Assembly: GCA_964423595.1 (NCBI GenBank)
Contig: CAYRFI010000011.1
Span: 15,826 to 63,345 of the forward strand
Reading direction: 5' to 3'
Source of the DNA: an uncultured Thermoanaerobaculia bacterium
GTDB lineage: Bacteria; Acidobacteriota; Thermoanaerobaculia; Thermoanaerobaculales; Sulfomarinibacteraceae
Length of the DNA stretch: 47,520 nt
Shown here piece after piece: positions 38,712 through 47,520 of the stretch. The notes beneath the pieces are model-generated. The model was not told where the DNA came from. It saw nothing but the letters and a program-made list of their open reading frames with translations, and ran no database searches. Within the stretch, counting starts at the first letter, position 1. Each line of letters opens with the position of its first letter. The position numbers were made by a program, and so were the translations under genes.

Positions 38712-40303
38712 ACCTCCCTCGCGGCTGGACGGTCATCGTCAGCCTCTTCGAGTCTAACAGACGGACCGCTCCCTCTCGCGACGTCGCTGGCGAATCCTCC
38801 AAATGGCAACCATACAAAGAATGTGGAACCGATCCCCTCTTCACTCTCAGCCCACACCGCTCCCCGGTGGGCCTCGACGATGCTGCGTACCAGTGACAGG
38901 CCGAGGCCCATTCCGCCGAATCGGCGCCGGGAGCTCGGATCCACCTGGTAGAAACGGTCGAAGATCCGGATCAGCTCGGTCGGTGGAATACCGACACCAC
39001 TATCCTGGATCCGCACCAGAACACCATGTCGTCCCTCGTGATCACAGTCCTCAGCGAGCACCAGAACAGTTCCGCCCTGCGGTGTGAATTTCACCGCGTT
39101 GTCCAGGAGATTGAGGAAGACCCGTTCAATCTGCTCGGGGTTGGCCTCCAAAGCCCGCAGATCCGGTTGCATCTGCAACACGAAGTGCACTCCATCGCCC
39201 TCCATCCGAGGCCTGAAAGTGTCGATGGTTCCTTCCAGAATCGTTTTGAGGTCGATCTCCTCGCGCGCCGAATCGAGCGCAGTGAATCGGTCCAGACGCG
39301 ACAACTGGACCAGCTCTTCGACCCGCAGCGATAACCGCTCGACATTCTTTCGGCACACCATGACCGCCCTGACCGATTCGTCGGAAATCGTCCCGAGACC
39401 GCCATCCGCCATCAACTCGAGATATCCCCGAAGCGCGGTGAGCGGCGTTTTGAGCTCGTGCGAAACGTTGGCGACCAGATCGGCCTTGGTTTGGTCGAGA
39501 GTCTCCAACTCGCGGTTGGCTTCTCGGAGCTGGCGGATAGTCGCTACCAGCTCGTCGGCCATGAGATTGAAGGCATCGGCAAGCTCCTCGATCTCGTCCC
39601 GGGAGTCGATGGAGACCCGTTCTTCGAGGCGGCCTTGCTGAATCCGCATGACCCCGGCCCGCAGACGGTCGACGTCGTGCGTGATGCCCCCGGCGAGGGT
39701 CACGGAGACCCATTGGGTCAGACCGAGGCCGATCGCCAGGATCAGCGCCGAAAGCCACAACGAGGAGCGGAGCTGGCGGTCGACGTTGGCGTAGGTGAAG
39801 GTCCCCACGAGCGAGTAAACGTGCTCGCCCCATTGTTTGACCACCGGCGCAACGACCCGGTAGGCAGTACTTCCATCGGCCTCAGTTACCTGTTCGGCAG
39901 TCGACTCGAGACCAGAAATGGCTCGAAGCAGCTTACGATCCGTGATCACCGGTGACTCGATGCCGTCGCCGAAAAGAACGACGTCGTTGCCCTCAGCACG
40001 CAACACGACCTTGCCGCGAACATCGATGATTTCGAGGCGTTCGACGTCGTTGTTGAGCTCTCGGAGTTGCGCCACCTGCTGGTCGAGGAGTCCCTTGCCG
40101 GAGGAACCGAGGAAACCCACGAGATAGGTCAGAGGTTCACTGATCAGAGATGCGTAGGTGCGAGCGGATCGCTCCATGTTCCGTCGCACCGCATGGTGGC
40201 GGAACACCACCAGCACCAATGCGCTGAGCACGAGACTGACCACCACCGCGAACGCTATGTGGCGGGCAATCCGCGTCTGCAGCAGGACACGTCGACGAGT
40301 CAC
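38708..40303 (-). CDS. HAMP-domain sensor histidine kinase
   Basis: Two TMs, DEIEELADAFN.M (HAMP), SHELKTPL, NLLDNAVKF, DSGVGI, FDRFYQ, GMGLGL. Confidence 0.93.
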   Translation of the reverse strand: MTRRRVLLQTRIARHIAFAVVVSLVLSALVLVVFRHHAVRRNMERSARTYASLISEPLTYLVGFLGSSGKGLLDQQVAQLRELNNDVERLEIIDVRGKVVLRAEGNDVVLFGDGIESPVITDRKLLRAISGLESTAEQVTEADGSTAYRVVAPVVKQWGEHVYSLVGTFTYANVDRQLRSSLWLSALILAIGLGLTQWVSVTLAGGITHDVDRLRAGVMRIQQGRLEERVSIDSRDEIEELADAFNLMADELVATIRQLREANRELETLDQTKADLVANVSHELKTPLTALRGYLELMADGGLGTISDESVRAVMVCRKNVERLSLRVEELVQLSRLDRFTALDSAREEIDLKTILEGTIDTFRPRMEGDGVHFVLQMQPDLRALEANPEQIERVFLNLLDNAVKFTPQGGTVLVLAEDCDHEGRHGVLVRIQDSGVGIPPTELIRIFDRFYQVDPSSRRRFGGMGLGLSLVRSIVEAHRGAVWAESEEGIGSTFFVWLPFGGFASDVARGSGPSVRLEEADDDRPAAREV

Positions 40304-40354
40304 TCGAGCGCCGCCCCCCAGTCCATTTGCCTTCCGATCATACCGCGCGCACGC

Positions 40355-41251
40355 CTATTCGAGGTTCTGAACCTGTTCACGGACCCGCTCGGCGGCGGAC
40401 TTGGCATCCACCAACCGATCAGCAACTCCGAGCTCCCGGCACTTCGAACCGAGGGTGTTGAGCTCACGATGGATCTCCTGGCAGAGAAAATCGAGCGAGC
40501 GCCCAACCACCCCACCTGCCGCCAGGCGTTCTGTGAAGTTCTCGAGATGGGCCCTCAGCCGCACGATCTCCTCCGCCACATCGGCCCGATCCGCCAGCAC
40601 CGCCGCCTCCTGAAGGATGCGTTCAGTGTCGACCTGCACCTCGGGCCCCATGAGATCTTCGACCCGCTCCCGTATCCGGTCGAGAAGCCGTTGTCGAAAC
40701 TCTTTCATCTGTGGTTCGAACCAGTCGGCAAATGCAGCCACCTCCGCGAGTTCCAATTCGATTTGGTGGACGAGGCGTTCGCCCTCCTCACGCCGCATTT
40801 TCACCGCCTCAGCTACGGCCTCAGAGGCCACCGAACGCAATCCGGACACTTCATCTTCCTCGAGAATCGTCTCCTGCGAAGCAACCGAAACCAGTCCCGG
40901 CACCGTCAGGACATCGCCGAGATCCACCTTCGAGCCGAATTTTTCGGGCACAGTGACTTTGGATAGCTGATCGAGTACCTCACGCACAGCTTCGGTGTTG
41001 ACCGCGACATCCACCTCTGCCGTGAGGATTCGTTCCAGGTTGACTTGCGCACTCACACGGCCGCGATGAAAATGCTTCGAGATCACCGAGCGAACAGCGG
41101 CTTCGATCTCGGGCGTGTCCTCGCGCAAGTTGGTACGCACCTGAATATCCAGGAATCGGTGGTTGACCGACCGCACCACCACCGTTACGCCGAACCGATC
41201 CGAGAGCTCGGCCCGTGCGCGCCCGAAACCGGTCATGCTCATCAAGGCCAT
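40355..41251 (-). CDS. YicC/YloC family endoribonuclease
   Basis: SMTGFGR, RSVNHRFLD, DVAEEIVRL..H, GR.LDFL.QE..RE.NT.GSK, REQVQNLE. Confidence 0.93.
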   Translation of the reverse strand: MALMSMTGFGRARAELSDRFGVTVVVRSVNHRFLDIQVRTNLREDTPEIEAAVRSVISKHFHRGRVSAQVNLERILTAEVDVAVNTEAVREVLDQLSKVTVPEKFGSKVDLGDVLTVPGLVSVASQETILEEDEVSGLRSVASEAVAEAVKMRREEGERLVHQIELELAEVAAFADWFEPQMKEFRQRLLDRIRERVEDLMGPEVQVDTERILQEAAVLADRADVAEEIVRLRAHLENFTERLAAGGVVGRSLDFLCQEIHRELNTLGSKCRELGVADRLVDAKSAAERVREQVQNLE

Positions 41252-41353
41252 ACCGCCTCCGTCCTTCTTTGTCCCCAGTCTTTCAGGTTAGCGGGTCCAA
41301 GCCTGGCGATCAAACGATTGATCGTCAAAACTTTAGAGACATGCGGGTGTGCT

Positions 41354-43171
41354 TCAGGAAAGTACCTGCATCTCGACCATCCGCCAATACGGGCCACCGG
41401 CAGCGACCAGCTCGTCATGGCTCCCCAATTCAGCAACTCGACCATTCGCGAGCACGGCGATCACGTCTGCACGGCGAGTCGTCGACAACCGATGGGCGAT
41501 CACGAGGGTGGCGCGATCACGCGTGAGACGGTCGAGAGCCCGTTGGATCATGGTCTCCGACTCCGGGTCGAGAGCCGATGTCGCCTCGTCGAGAATCAGA
41601 ATCGGCGGATTCTGGAGCACGGCTCGGGCGATGGCCAGGCGCTGGCGTTGTCCGCCCGAGAGCTTCACCCCACCTTCGCCAATAATGGTGTCGTACCCGG
41701 CCGGCAGGCTCCGGATGAAATCGTCGGCATCGGCGGCGTTCGCGGCCGCCTCTACAGCGTTGTCAGAAATGCCCTCGCGACCACAGACGATGTTGGTTCG
41801 CACAGTGTCGTCGAAGAGGAGGGGCTCCTGAGTCACCAGGCCGATCTGTGTCCTCAGGCTCGCAAGCGTGAGATCTCGCACATCGTGGTCGCCCACCCAC
41901 ACCGCTCCCTCCTGGACATCAATGAATCGTGGGATAAGCTGTGCCACGGTGCTCTTGCCGGCTCCCGAAGCTCCAACCAACGCCACCGTCGACCCACGGG
42001 GAAGATGAAGTTCGAAATCACGCAATACCCACCGGTCGGGCCGATAGGCGAAACCGACCTTTTCGAATCGGACGCCCGCACCGATTCCGGTGAGGGCACG
42101 AGCGTTGGGCCGCTCGCACACCGCCACAGGTGCGTCGATGATTTCGAAGATCCGGCTCGCGGCCACCACTGCCGGCTGCAGCACGAGATTGAACTTGTTG
42201 AGTCTCTTGAGTGGGTTGTACACAGCGTAGGCGCCAAGAACAAACGCCGACAGATCGCCGAGAGTCATGCCACCGGCTGTGATTTGAGATGAACCGTAGG
42301 CGATCACCGCCACCGCCGCGACAACTCCCGCAACCTCCATCACTGGCGCGTTGGCCGCCTGAATCGCGCGCGCGGCAAGGCCGGCAAGATACTGTCTTTG
42401 ATTGACACAACGGAATCGTTCGGCCAAAAAATCAACCATTCCGAAGGTCTGAACAACCCGGATACCGCGCACCGTCTCGTCAATCACCACCGCGATCTCG
42501 TCGGTGCGTTCCTGGGCCTGAAGCGCCCGCGCCCGCATCCGGCGGCTGAAGTGGAGAACTGGTGCGAAGAGCATAGGCGCTGCGAGGGTTGTTGCCAGGG
42601 TCAGGCGGAGGTCCAGGGACACCAGGAAAACGAGAATCACCGGCACGGTGACAAGGTCCTGTGCGACATCACCGATACGTTCCGCCAGGGCCTCGCGAAG
42701 AAGCAGGAAATCGCTTGTCGCCCGCGACACCAACGCAGCGGTGGAGCGATCATGAAAAAACACCGGCGTTTGGACGAGGAGGCTCTCGAAGAACAGATCC
42801 CGCAGATCTCGGACTGTCGCGAGACCAAACCTCGCTGATGCAAACCGTACGAGAAACGCAAAGAGGTTCTTGACCACGATCGTCAACAACGCCAGAACCA
42901 GGATGGCGGCACGATTTTCACCAACCCAACCCCGGAGAGTCCGCTCCGCACGAGCGGCGGTCACGTCAAGCGCGCCGACCACGCCGGCCACAGGTGGTTC
43001 GAGAGACGCCTGGGCGGTCGAGGACGGCCGCAACACCTGGTCATAGATCGGGCGCACGAGGTTGAATACAAAAACGGTCGCACCTGCCACCACGACCATG
43101 CTCGTCAACGCGAGAAGAATCCATGCCCCATGCCTCTTCGCCAGCCCGAGGACACGCAGGAAATCTCTCAT
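41354..43171 (-). CDS. MsbA-like ABC transporter (fused TMD and NBD)
   Basis: Six-TM domain, GASGAGKST, LSGGQRQR, ILDEATSALD, IAHRLST. Confidence 0.9.
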   Translation of the reverse strand: MRDFLRVLGLAKRHGAWILLALTSMVVVAGATVFVFNLVRPIYDQVLRPSSTAQASLEPPVAGVVGALDVTAARAERTLRGWVGENRAAILVLALLTIVVKNLFAFLVRFASARFGLATVRDLRDLFFESLLVQTPVFFHDRSTAALVSRATSDFLLLREALAERIGDVAQDLVTVPVILVFLVSLDLRLTLATTLAAPMLFAPVLHFSRRMRARALQAQERTDEIAVVIDETVRGIRVVQTFGMVDFLAERFRCVNQRQYLAGLAARAIQAANAPVMEVAGVVAAVAVIAYGSSQITAGGMTLGDLSAFVLGAYAVYNPLKRLNKFNLVLQPAVVAASRIFEIIDAPVAVCERPNARALTGIGAGVRFEKVGFAYRPDRWVLRDFELHLPRGSTVALVGASGAGKSTVAQLIPRFIDVQEGAVWVGDHDVRDLTLASLRTQIGLVTQEPLLFDDTVRTNIVCGREGISDNAVEAAANAADADDFIRSLPAGYDTIIGEGGVKLSGGQRQRLAIARAVLQNPPILILDEATSALDPESETMIQRALDRLTRDRATLVIAHRLSTTRRADVIAVLANGRVAELGSHDELVAAGGPYWRMVEMQVLS

Positions 43172-43253
43172 TGGCGGAGGTTAGCATGTGGCCGAGGGCC
43201 TGAGGCCCGGAGCTCGGGGTTCTATTGAAAGCTCCTCCGAACGTCAAAAACTG

Positions 43254-43344
43254 TGGAACCGCAAAGACGCGAAGGGCGCAACGATCGTCGCCAAGAAAAA
43301 CTCAAAGAAAATCTCTGCGCGTCTTTGCGCCTTTGTGTTTTCAA
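43254..43344. repeat. Dispersed palindromic element, copy 3 (9-mer part only)
   Basis: tggaaccgcaaagacgcgaagggcgcaacgatcgtcgccaagaaaaactcaaa...gtctttgcgcctttgtgttttcaa resembles the reverse complement of 25779-25880, including the loop. Confidence 0.78.
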
Positions 43345-43394
43345 AGCCATGGCATCCAGCGAATACGCCTAAAAAACGCCTACCGGTGGAAGAA

Positions 43395-44003
43395 TCAGAA
43401 GTTTGGGTCGCGCTTCTCGAGGAAGGCACGCGCTCCTTCTTCGGGGTCGCCGGTGGCGAAGAGCAGGCGAAAGGACGCCAGTTCGAGAGCCAGTCCGGCG
43501 CTGCCCCGCGCGGACGCTCGCATGAGATCACGGGCGGCCGTCACCGAGGCCACCGACATCGAATCAGGGAGGGGCAACGGCGCGTCCGCCGGCACGATCC
43601 CAGTGGCGACACCGAGCGTGACAGCGTCGGCTGCCGACAGATCATCTACCTCCAATAGACCTCGCGCGAGGGCCGCACGGCCCGCGCGCCCCAGGGCCCA
43701 GATCACACCGTCTGCAGGTGCATCGGCGCTCGCCGCCAACCTCAGATTCGCCTGCGGACGCAGGTAGACCAGATCCGAGCACAGGGCAACATCGAGCGCG
43801 GGCGATGAGAGCTCTCCAGCCACGTCCGCCACGGTCACTGCGCGGCTTCTCGTCCACTGCTCCACGACAAACCACGGAAGAGGATCACCGCTTCCTCCCT
43901 TCAGGAAAGCTACAACCATGTACCCGATCTCGCGCGCCTCGGCGGCCAGGGCGGCAGCCTGCGCGCCGCCATCCTCGTGATGGTTCCAATCGATCCGCCT
44001 CAT
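43395..44003 (-). CDS. Divergent enoyl-CoA hydratase/crotonase-like protein
   Basis: ALCSDL, LSAADAVTLG and C-terminal LELASF..LFATGDPEEGARAFLEKRDPNF match the crotonase C-terminal part; the N-terminus is atypical. Confidence 0.65.
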   Translation of the reverse strand: MRRIDWNHHEDGGAQAAALAAEAREIGYMVVAFLKGGSGDPLPWFVVEQWTRSRAVTVADVAGELSSPALDVALCSDLVYLRPQANLRLAASADAPADGVIWALGRAGRAALARGLLEVDDLSAADAVTLGVATGIVPADAPLPLPDSMSVASVTAARDLMRASARGSAGLALELASFRLLFATGDPEEGARAFLEKRDPNF

Positions 44004-44080
44004 GCGCCAAGTCTACCCGTACGCAACCCCAGAACTTGAATGAACGGGACCTCATGAATAATGTGGGCTAAAATCCCGCC

Positions 44081-44653
44081 ATGAATCCACGTATCCTCGC
44101 CGAACACGCCAGCGACCATTACGTGCTCCAGGCAGTACTCGGTGACATGACGGCGGAGCGGGTCGACGCTATCGTCAACGCGGCGAACTCGAACCTCGCT
44201 CACGGCGGCGGCCTCGCGGGTGCCATCGTTGCCCGCGGCGGCGCGGTGATCCAGGAAGAGTCGGACAAGCTCGCGCCAGTTACCACCGGAAATGCCACAG
44301 TCACCTCGGCCGGCGCTCTCCCCTGCCGCTGGGTGATCCACGCGGTGGGACCGATCTGGGGCAACGGAAACGAGGAGGCCTCGCTGCGATCGGCGGTGCG
44401 AGCGAGCCTGGATCGCGCCGCTGATCTCGGTGCGGAATCGATCGCCCTACCCGCTATCTCGACTGGTATTTTCGGCTACCCCAAGCAAGAAGGGACCGCA
44501 ACCATCGTCAAGGAAGTTCAATCGTGGCTCGACTGCCATCCACACACTTCGCTGGCAACGGTCCGTTTCACCGCTTTTGACGAACCCACCGCCGAGCTGT
44601 TTGCAGAGGCAGTCCGGGTTCTAGCAACCTCCGTGCCCAATTCGGGTATCTGA
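44081..44653 (+). CDS. Macro domain protein (ADP-ribose binding / O-acetyl-ADP-ribose deacetylase)
   Basis: GDMT...VDAIVNAANSNL.HGGGLAGAI, VIHAVGP, SIALPAISTGIFGYP. Confidence 0.92.
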   Translation: MNPRILAEHASDHYVLQAVLGDMTAERVDAIVNAANSNLAHGGGLAGAIVARGGAVIQEESDKLAPVTTGNATVTSAGALPCRWVIHAVGPIWGNGNEEASLRSAVRASLDRAADLGAESIALPAISTGIFGYPKQEGTATIVKEVQSWLDCHPHTSLATVRFTAFDEPTAELFAEAVRVLATSVPNSGI

Positions 44654-44778
44654 CCCCGATTCCGGTCAGCCTTTAGCCCCCAAATTATTGACCTTAATAA
44701 TCTTAGCTCGATGTCCAGGGTGTGTGCTACAATCCCCCGCCGTATCGACGACTTTTAGAGGAGGGTCAACCTCACCCC

Positions 44779-46269
44779 ATGGCAGATCTTCACCAATTCC
44801 GCACATCGCCCGAAGAACCCCTCGATTGCATGTACATCATAAAGAGCACCGACAGCGATCCGCTGGGCGGGCTCGAGTTCTCGGCCAAGGAGCGCAAGTC
44901 GCTGAGAACAAAAGCCAAAGCCCTCGGTCCGCGCGGTGAAGAAGGCGAATTGATCTCGGGCGAATGTCCGATCGACATCGCCCACCGGATCACTTTCGTA
45001 GGTGTCGGCGACGAAAAAGACATCACTCACTCGAGGATGCGCGAGGCCCTCAACAGAGTCATGCGCCAGGCTACCAAGAACCGCGAGTACCAGATCGCAC
45101 TCGGCGTGCCGGTCAAGGTCCACGGCCTCACCGCCGCCGAATCGCGCCTCTTCGCGCTCCGCGAGGCGTCGATTTCGGACTACACCTTCGACACCTTCAA
45201 ATCGAAGAAGAACGAGTTCGAGAAGATCGACGGCCTCCATATTCTCCCCCTCGTCAAGGAAACCGAGGACGAGCTGGAAGAGCGGCTGGTGAAGGTCCGC
45301 CTGTTGAGGGCCTCGCAGGTGCTGGCACGCAATCTCGGAAACCGACCGGCAAATGACCTCAACCCGGAAACCTTTGCGCAGGCGGCAAAGGAGATGTCCG
45401 AAGAGGCGAAGGGTCTGCGGGTCACCATCCTCGGAGTGAAGGAGCTTCAAAAAGAGAAAATGGGCGGCATCCTCGGCGTCAGCCAGGGCTCCGTGCAGGA
45501 GCCGCGGATGATCATCATCGAGCATCGGCCCAAGAAGCCAAAAAAATCGGTGGTGTTGGTCGGTAAGGGCGTGACCTTCGATTCCGGAGGCATTTCGATC
45601 AAACCCGCCGCCGGGATGGGCGCGATGAAGGCTGACATGGTCGGCGCCGCAACCGTCATGGGCATCATGCGCGCGGTCGCTGACCTCGACCTTCCGATCA
45701 AAGTTGTCGGTCTGATCCCGGCGGTCGAAAACATGCCCTCGGGATCCGCGATCAAACCCGGAGATATTCTCACGACCTCGAGCGGCAAAACCGTCGAGGT
45801 CGACAACACGGATGCCGAAGGCCGGCTGATTCTTGCCGATGCGCTGCACTACTCCGCGCGCTTCAATCCCGACATCGTGATCGATTTCGCCAGCCTCACC
45901 GGGGCCTGTGTCGTCGCACTCGGCCACGAGGCCGCGGGCATGATGGGGAACGACAAGGATCTCATGGATGAGCTCCAGAAGCTCGGCGAGCAGGTCGGCG
46001 AGCGGGTGTGGCCGATGCCTCTGTACGAAGAGTACCTCTCCTACCTCAAGAGCGAGTGGGCGGATATCAAGAATGCCGGTTCACGCTGGGGCGGGGCCGT
46101 CACCGCCGGGACCTTCCTCAAGCAGTGGGTCCCCGACAAGGTGAGTTGGGCGCACCTGGATATCGCCGGTGTCGGCTACAACGAGAAAGAGCACAACGGA
46201 CTGCCGAAGGGTGCATCCGGCTTCGGCGTGGTGCTCGGCGCGACCTTCCTCGAAAACCTCTTGAAGTAA
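44779..46269 (+). CDS. pepA: Leucyl aminopeptidase (M17)
   Basis: VGKGVTFDSGG..IK, MKADM.GAA, ENMP, VEVDNTDAEGRLILADAL, LTGA, WAHLDIAG. Confidence 0.95.
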   Translation: MADLHQFRTSPEEPLDCMYIIKSTDSDPLGGLEFSAKERKSLRTKAKALGPRGEEGELISGECPIDIAHRITFVGVGDEKDITHSRMREALNRVMRQATKNREYQIALGVPVKVHGLTAAESRLFALREASISDYTFDTFKSKKNEFEKIDGLHILPLVKETEDELEERLVKVRLLRASQVLARNLGNRPANDLNPETFAQAAKEMSEEAKGLRVTILGVKELQKEKMGGILGVSQGSVQEPRMIIIEHRPKKPKKSVVLVGKGVTFDSGGISIKPAAGMGAMKADMVGAATVMGIMRAVADLDLPIKVVGLIPAVENMPSGSAIKPGDILTTSSGKTVEVDNTDAEGRLILADALHYSARFNPDIVIDFASLTGACVVALGHEAAGMMGNDKDLMDELQKLGEQVGERVWPMPLYEEYLSYLKSEWADIKNAGSRWGGAVTAGTFLKQWVPDKVSWAHLDIAGVGYNEKEHNGLPKGASGFGVVLGATFLENLLK

Positions 46270-46291
46270 TGCATCTCCACTCTCTCATGCG

Positions 46292-46323
46292 AAACGCCGC
46301 GGAAGACGCGGCGTTTTTCTTTT
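46292..46323 (+). terminator. Intrinsic terminator after pepA
   Basis: aaacgccgcg-gaaga-cgcggcgttt followed by a T-rich tail. Confidence 0.8.
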
Positions 46324-46332
46324 GAGGTATTG

Positions 46333-47463
46333 ATGACGCATTCTCCGAGTGTCCACATCGGGCCGATCGAGGTCTCACCACCGGTCGTCCTCGCGCCGAT
46401 GGCCGGGGTCACCAATTATCCATTTCGCACGCTGTGCCGCCGTTTCGGGGCAGGGCTCTACATCAGCGAGATGATCACCGCCCGGCCGCTGGTTGAGGGC
46501 CGCGAGAAAACCCTCAAGCTGGCTGACTTCGGCCCCACCGAGAGCCCTCGCAGCCTCCAGCTCTACGGCGTCAATCCGCACGACGTCGGCGAAGCGGTAC
46601 GCCGTCTCGTGGGTGAAGGCCGTATCGACCACCTCGACCTCAACTTCGGGTGTCCGGTCCGCAAGGTGACCCGCAAAGGTGGCGGCGCCGCCATCCCGGC
46701 GAAACCGCGGCTGCTGGAGTCGATCGTCCGGGCTGCGGTCAGGGCGGCCGTCGAGGTGCCGGTGACGATCAAGTTCAGGATGGGAATTGATGATGAACAC
46801 CTCAACTTCCTTGATTCCGGCCGGATTGCGGAGGACCAGGGGTGCGCGGGTGTCACCCTTCACGCACGCACCGCCGCTCAGCTGTATGACGGCCACGCCA
46901 GATGGCGCGCCATCGGCGAGCTCAAGCAGGTTGTGACGTCGATTCCGGTCTTCGGCAACGGCGACATCTGGGTCGCAGACGACGCCGTCCGCATGGTGCG
47001 GGAGACCGGCTGCGATGGTGTCGCGGTCGGGCGTGGCTGTCTCGGGCGCCCGTGGTTGTTTCGCGATCTGGCTGACGTGTTCATGGGACGTGAGCCGCAG
47101 ACACCACCGAATTTTGGCGAGGTCGCGGACCTCATGATCGAGCACGCGCGACTCCTCGTGGACTGGTTCGGCGAACGGCAGGCCATGCTCTCGTTCCGCA
47201 AGCACAGCGGCTGGTACACCAGAGGTTTCCGGTCGAGCGCACGCCTTCGCGATCGGCTGATGCGGGTGCGGCATTTCCCCGAACTCGAGGAGATCCTTGC
47301 CGAGATCGATCGCGAGGCACCGTTCCCCGAGCACGGCCACCTCGTTCGCCGCGGCAAACGCGGCGGCACCCAGAAAGTCGCACTTCCAAAAGGCTTTTGG
47401 GACGATCCCGACGACCCGACGCCCCCCGATGCTGAAGCGGAACAGGCTATATCCGGGGTTTGA
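46333..47463 (+). CDS. dusB: tRNA-dihydrouridine synthase, DusB family
   Basis: LAPMAGVT, SEM, QLYG, DLNFGCP..KV, TIKFRMG, LHART, GNGDI, GRGCLGRPW, RKH..WY. Confidence 0.9.
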   Translation: MTHSPSVHIGPIEVSPPVVLAPMAGVTNYPFRTLCRRFGAGLYISEMITARPLVEGREKTLKLADFGPTESPRSLQLYGVNPHDVGEAVRRLVGEGRIDHLDLNFGCPVRKVTRKGGGAAIPAKPRLLESIVRAAVRAAVEVPVTIKFRMGIDDEHLNFLDSGRIAEDQGCAGVTLHARTAAQLYDGHARWRAIGELKQVVTSIPVFGNGDIWVADDAVRMVRETGCDGVAVGRGCLGRPWLFRDLADVFMGREPQTPPNFGEVADLMIEHARLLVDWFGERQAMLSFRKHSGWYTRGFRSSARLRDRLMRVRHFPELEEILAEIDREAPFPEHGHLVRRGKRGGTQKVALPKGFWDDPDDPTPPDAEAEQAISGV

Positions 47464-47520
47464 CACTTCTTTTCGCGACCACTCGGATGCTCTACGCTCG
47501 ATAGCACAAACAGGTAAGTC

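Overview
A GC-rich bacterial chromosome segment, almost entirely housekeeping genes. The gene order lysS-lolC/E-lolD-clpC and phoH-7TM-HD-ybeY-corC-era, and the general style, suggest Acidobacteriota (possibly Thermoanaerobaculia); this is inference only. About 42 CDS are supported, with no rRNA, tRNA, CRISPR array or transposase. The main observations: (1) two ORFs split in the ORF track (24357-25688) read as one lipoprotein selenoprotein with an in-frame UGA forming a UxxC thioredoxin motif and a SECIS-like hairpin; (2) the intergenic spaces hold many short-period (6, 7, 8, 9 nt) head-to-head repeat cassettes, including a dispersed ~100-200 bp element in three copies, plus a 23-bp inverted repeat; (3) a compact 6S-like ncRNA candidate lies upstream of phoH; (4) at least 11 genes have a TAnnnT box 6-8 nt before the ATG and no SD, suggesting pervasive leaderless translation; (5) a PilT-family ATPase carries a coiled-coil tail with a possible internal start; (6) several enzymes have diagnostic active-site variants (MurA Cys-to-Asp, loop-less tRNA nucleotidyltransferase, Thr-type sulfatase).
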